From the IMG/VR virus record IMGVR_UViG_3300028410_000746: a stretch of DNA of 64,000 nt; one strand, written 5' to 3'. This document shows positions 63,248 through 64,000 of this stretch, one piece after another. The position numbers and the translations under genes are program-made. This DNA comes from a virus. Taxonomy: Duplodnaviria > Caudoviricetes. The number at the start of each line of letters is the position of its first letter. The stretch's first letter is position 1. The notes beneath the pieces were generated by a model. The model saw nothing but the letters and a program-made list of their open reading frames with translations, was not told where the DNA came from and did not search any database.

Positions 63248-63580
63248 AGGAAAACCCCACGTGTGTGGGGAAGGGGCGCGTAACTGCGGGGGAGGTCGTA
63301 GGAGCAGGGGAACATCCCCGCGTGTGCGGGGAAGGGCAACTGTATCAACTCAGCGTCCGGGAGTACGTGGGAACATCCCCGCGTGTGCGGGGAAGGGTTT
63401 TTGGGCGATCTTGCCCCTTTGGATGATCGGGGAACATCCCCGCGTGTGCGGGGAAGGGTTGAGCGTGTCGGCGGCGTCGTCGAGGGCGTAGGGGACATCC
63501 CCGCGTGTGCGGGGAAGGGGCGCTGACGCGCTCCCCCAAGACCGTGATCGTGGGGACATCCCCGCGTGTGCGGGGAAGGG
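63247..63580 (-). CRISPR. Type I-E CRISPR array 3: 6 repeats (terminal one degenerate) and 5 spacers of 32 nt
   Basis: Repeat CCCTTCCCCGCACACGCGGGGATGT(C/T)CCC on the minus strand; plus-strand starts at 63552, 63491, 63430, 63369 and 63308. Degenerate repeat at 63247. Confidence 0.97.
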
Positions 63581-63720
63581 TCTGTGCCAAGAAGTCACAT
63601 GCGTTAGATCGCGTAAGTATTCGGTTTTCAAAGACTTCTCAGATCCAGCGCCGTTCGGTGCCACCCTTGAGCGACCTCTCCGAGGTCCTTATGGTAACCT
63701 TGGAGAGGGAGACCTGTCAA
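63581..63720 (-). promoter_or_regulatory. CRISPR array 3 leader and promoter TTGACA-N18-TACCAT
   Basis: 63581-63637 matches the array 1 leader at 50 of 57 positions. -35 at 63720-63715 and -10 at 63696-63691. Confidence 0.85.
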
Positions 63721-63751
63721 GCCTCTTTCACAGCCTCGAAGAACACGGGGA

Positions 63752-63780
63752 GGGGACATCCCCGCGTGTACGGGGAAGAG
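63752..63780 (-). CRISPR. Solitary type I-E repeat upstream of the array 3 promoter
   Basis: CTCTTCCCCGTACACGCGGGGATGTCCCC on the minus strand, preceded by TGGCACAGA, the same 9 nt that end the array 3 leader. Confidence 0.85.
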
Positions 63781-64000
63781 TCTGTGCCATACGTGTGAAC
63801 TTGAGCATGGGGAAGTCCTCAAAGAAGAAGTAGGGGTCCACGGATTTTCGAGGGTAGCGAAAAAAGCAGCATTGGTAACCTCTTTTGGCAGGGATACCAC
63901 AACCACCTCCCCCACGTCAAGGGGGTATTACGTGCTCCAACGTGCGCCGTGGAACGTGTGCTCCACATCTCGTCCAGCCTGATCCGGGAAGACGGGATGC

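Noticed and set aside
54491-63250. cas1, cas2 or cas4 genes
   Set aside because: Every ORF in the locus is accounted for and none shows Cas1, Cas2 or Cas4 motifs.
1-64000. tRNA or rRNA genes, transposases, integrase
   Set aside because: GGTTCGA-like hits (6381, 51893) lie inside ORFs without cloverleaf context, and no recombinase or transposase motifs were recognised.

Overview
The window looks like part of a large, high-GC tailed (contractile-tail) phage or prophage genome. Structural genes include tail-fibre-like proteins, a probable tail tube, two chaperone-like genes, a tape measure protein, two tube-initiator-like genes, a baseplate hub fused to an SLT transglycosylase, a gp5/gpV-like spike and a 2277-aa wedge-like protein. 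These are interrupted by islands of small accessory genes, many behind sigma70-type promoters. The main result is a phage-encoded type I-E CRISPR-Cas interference system with an unusual layout. Intact-looking cas3, cas7, cas6e and cas5 are present, cas8e and cas11 (cse2) form one ORF with a candidate internal start, and no cas1/cas2 is visible in the window. There are three arrays (10, 7 and 5 spacers) with two leader/repeat families, plus two solitary repeats. One solitary repeat carries a near-copy of the array-2 leader and sits in an apparent mRNA 5' region about 21 kb from the cas genes. Both candidate cas promoters are embedded in 38-bp perfect inverted repeats. Other notable items are a cluster of putative internal-head proteins sharing an RVAxxY-like motif (with ART-like and HExxH domains), seven tandem paralogues, a candidate promoter antisense to the tail tube gene, and phage copies of SspB, thioredoxin, SLOG, NDT-like and RlpA-like genes. 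All family assignments come from motif recognition by eye; no database search was run.
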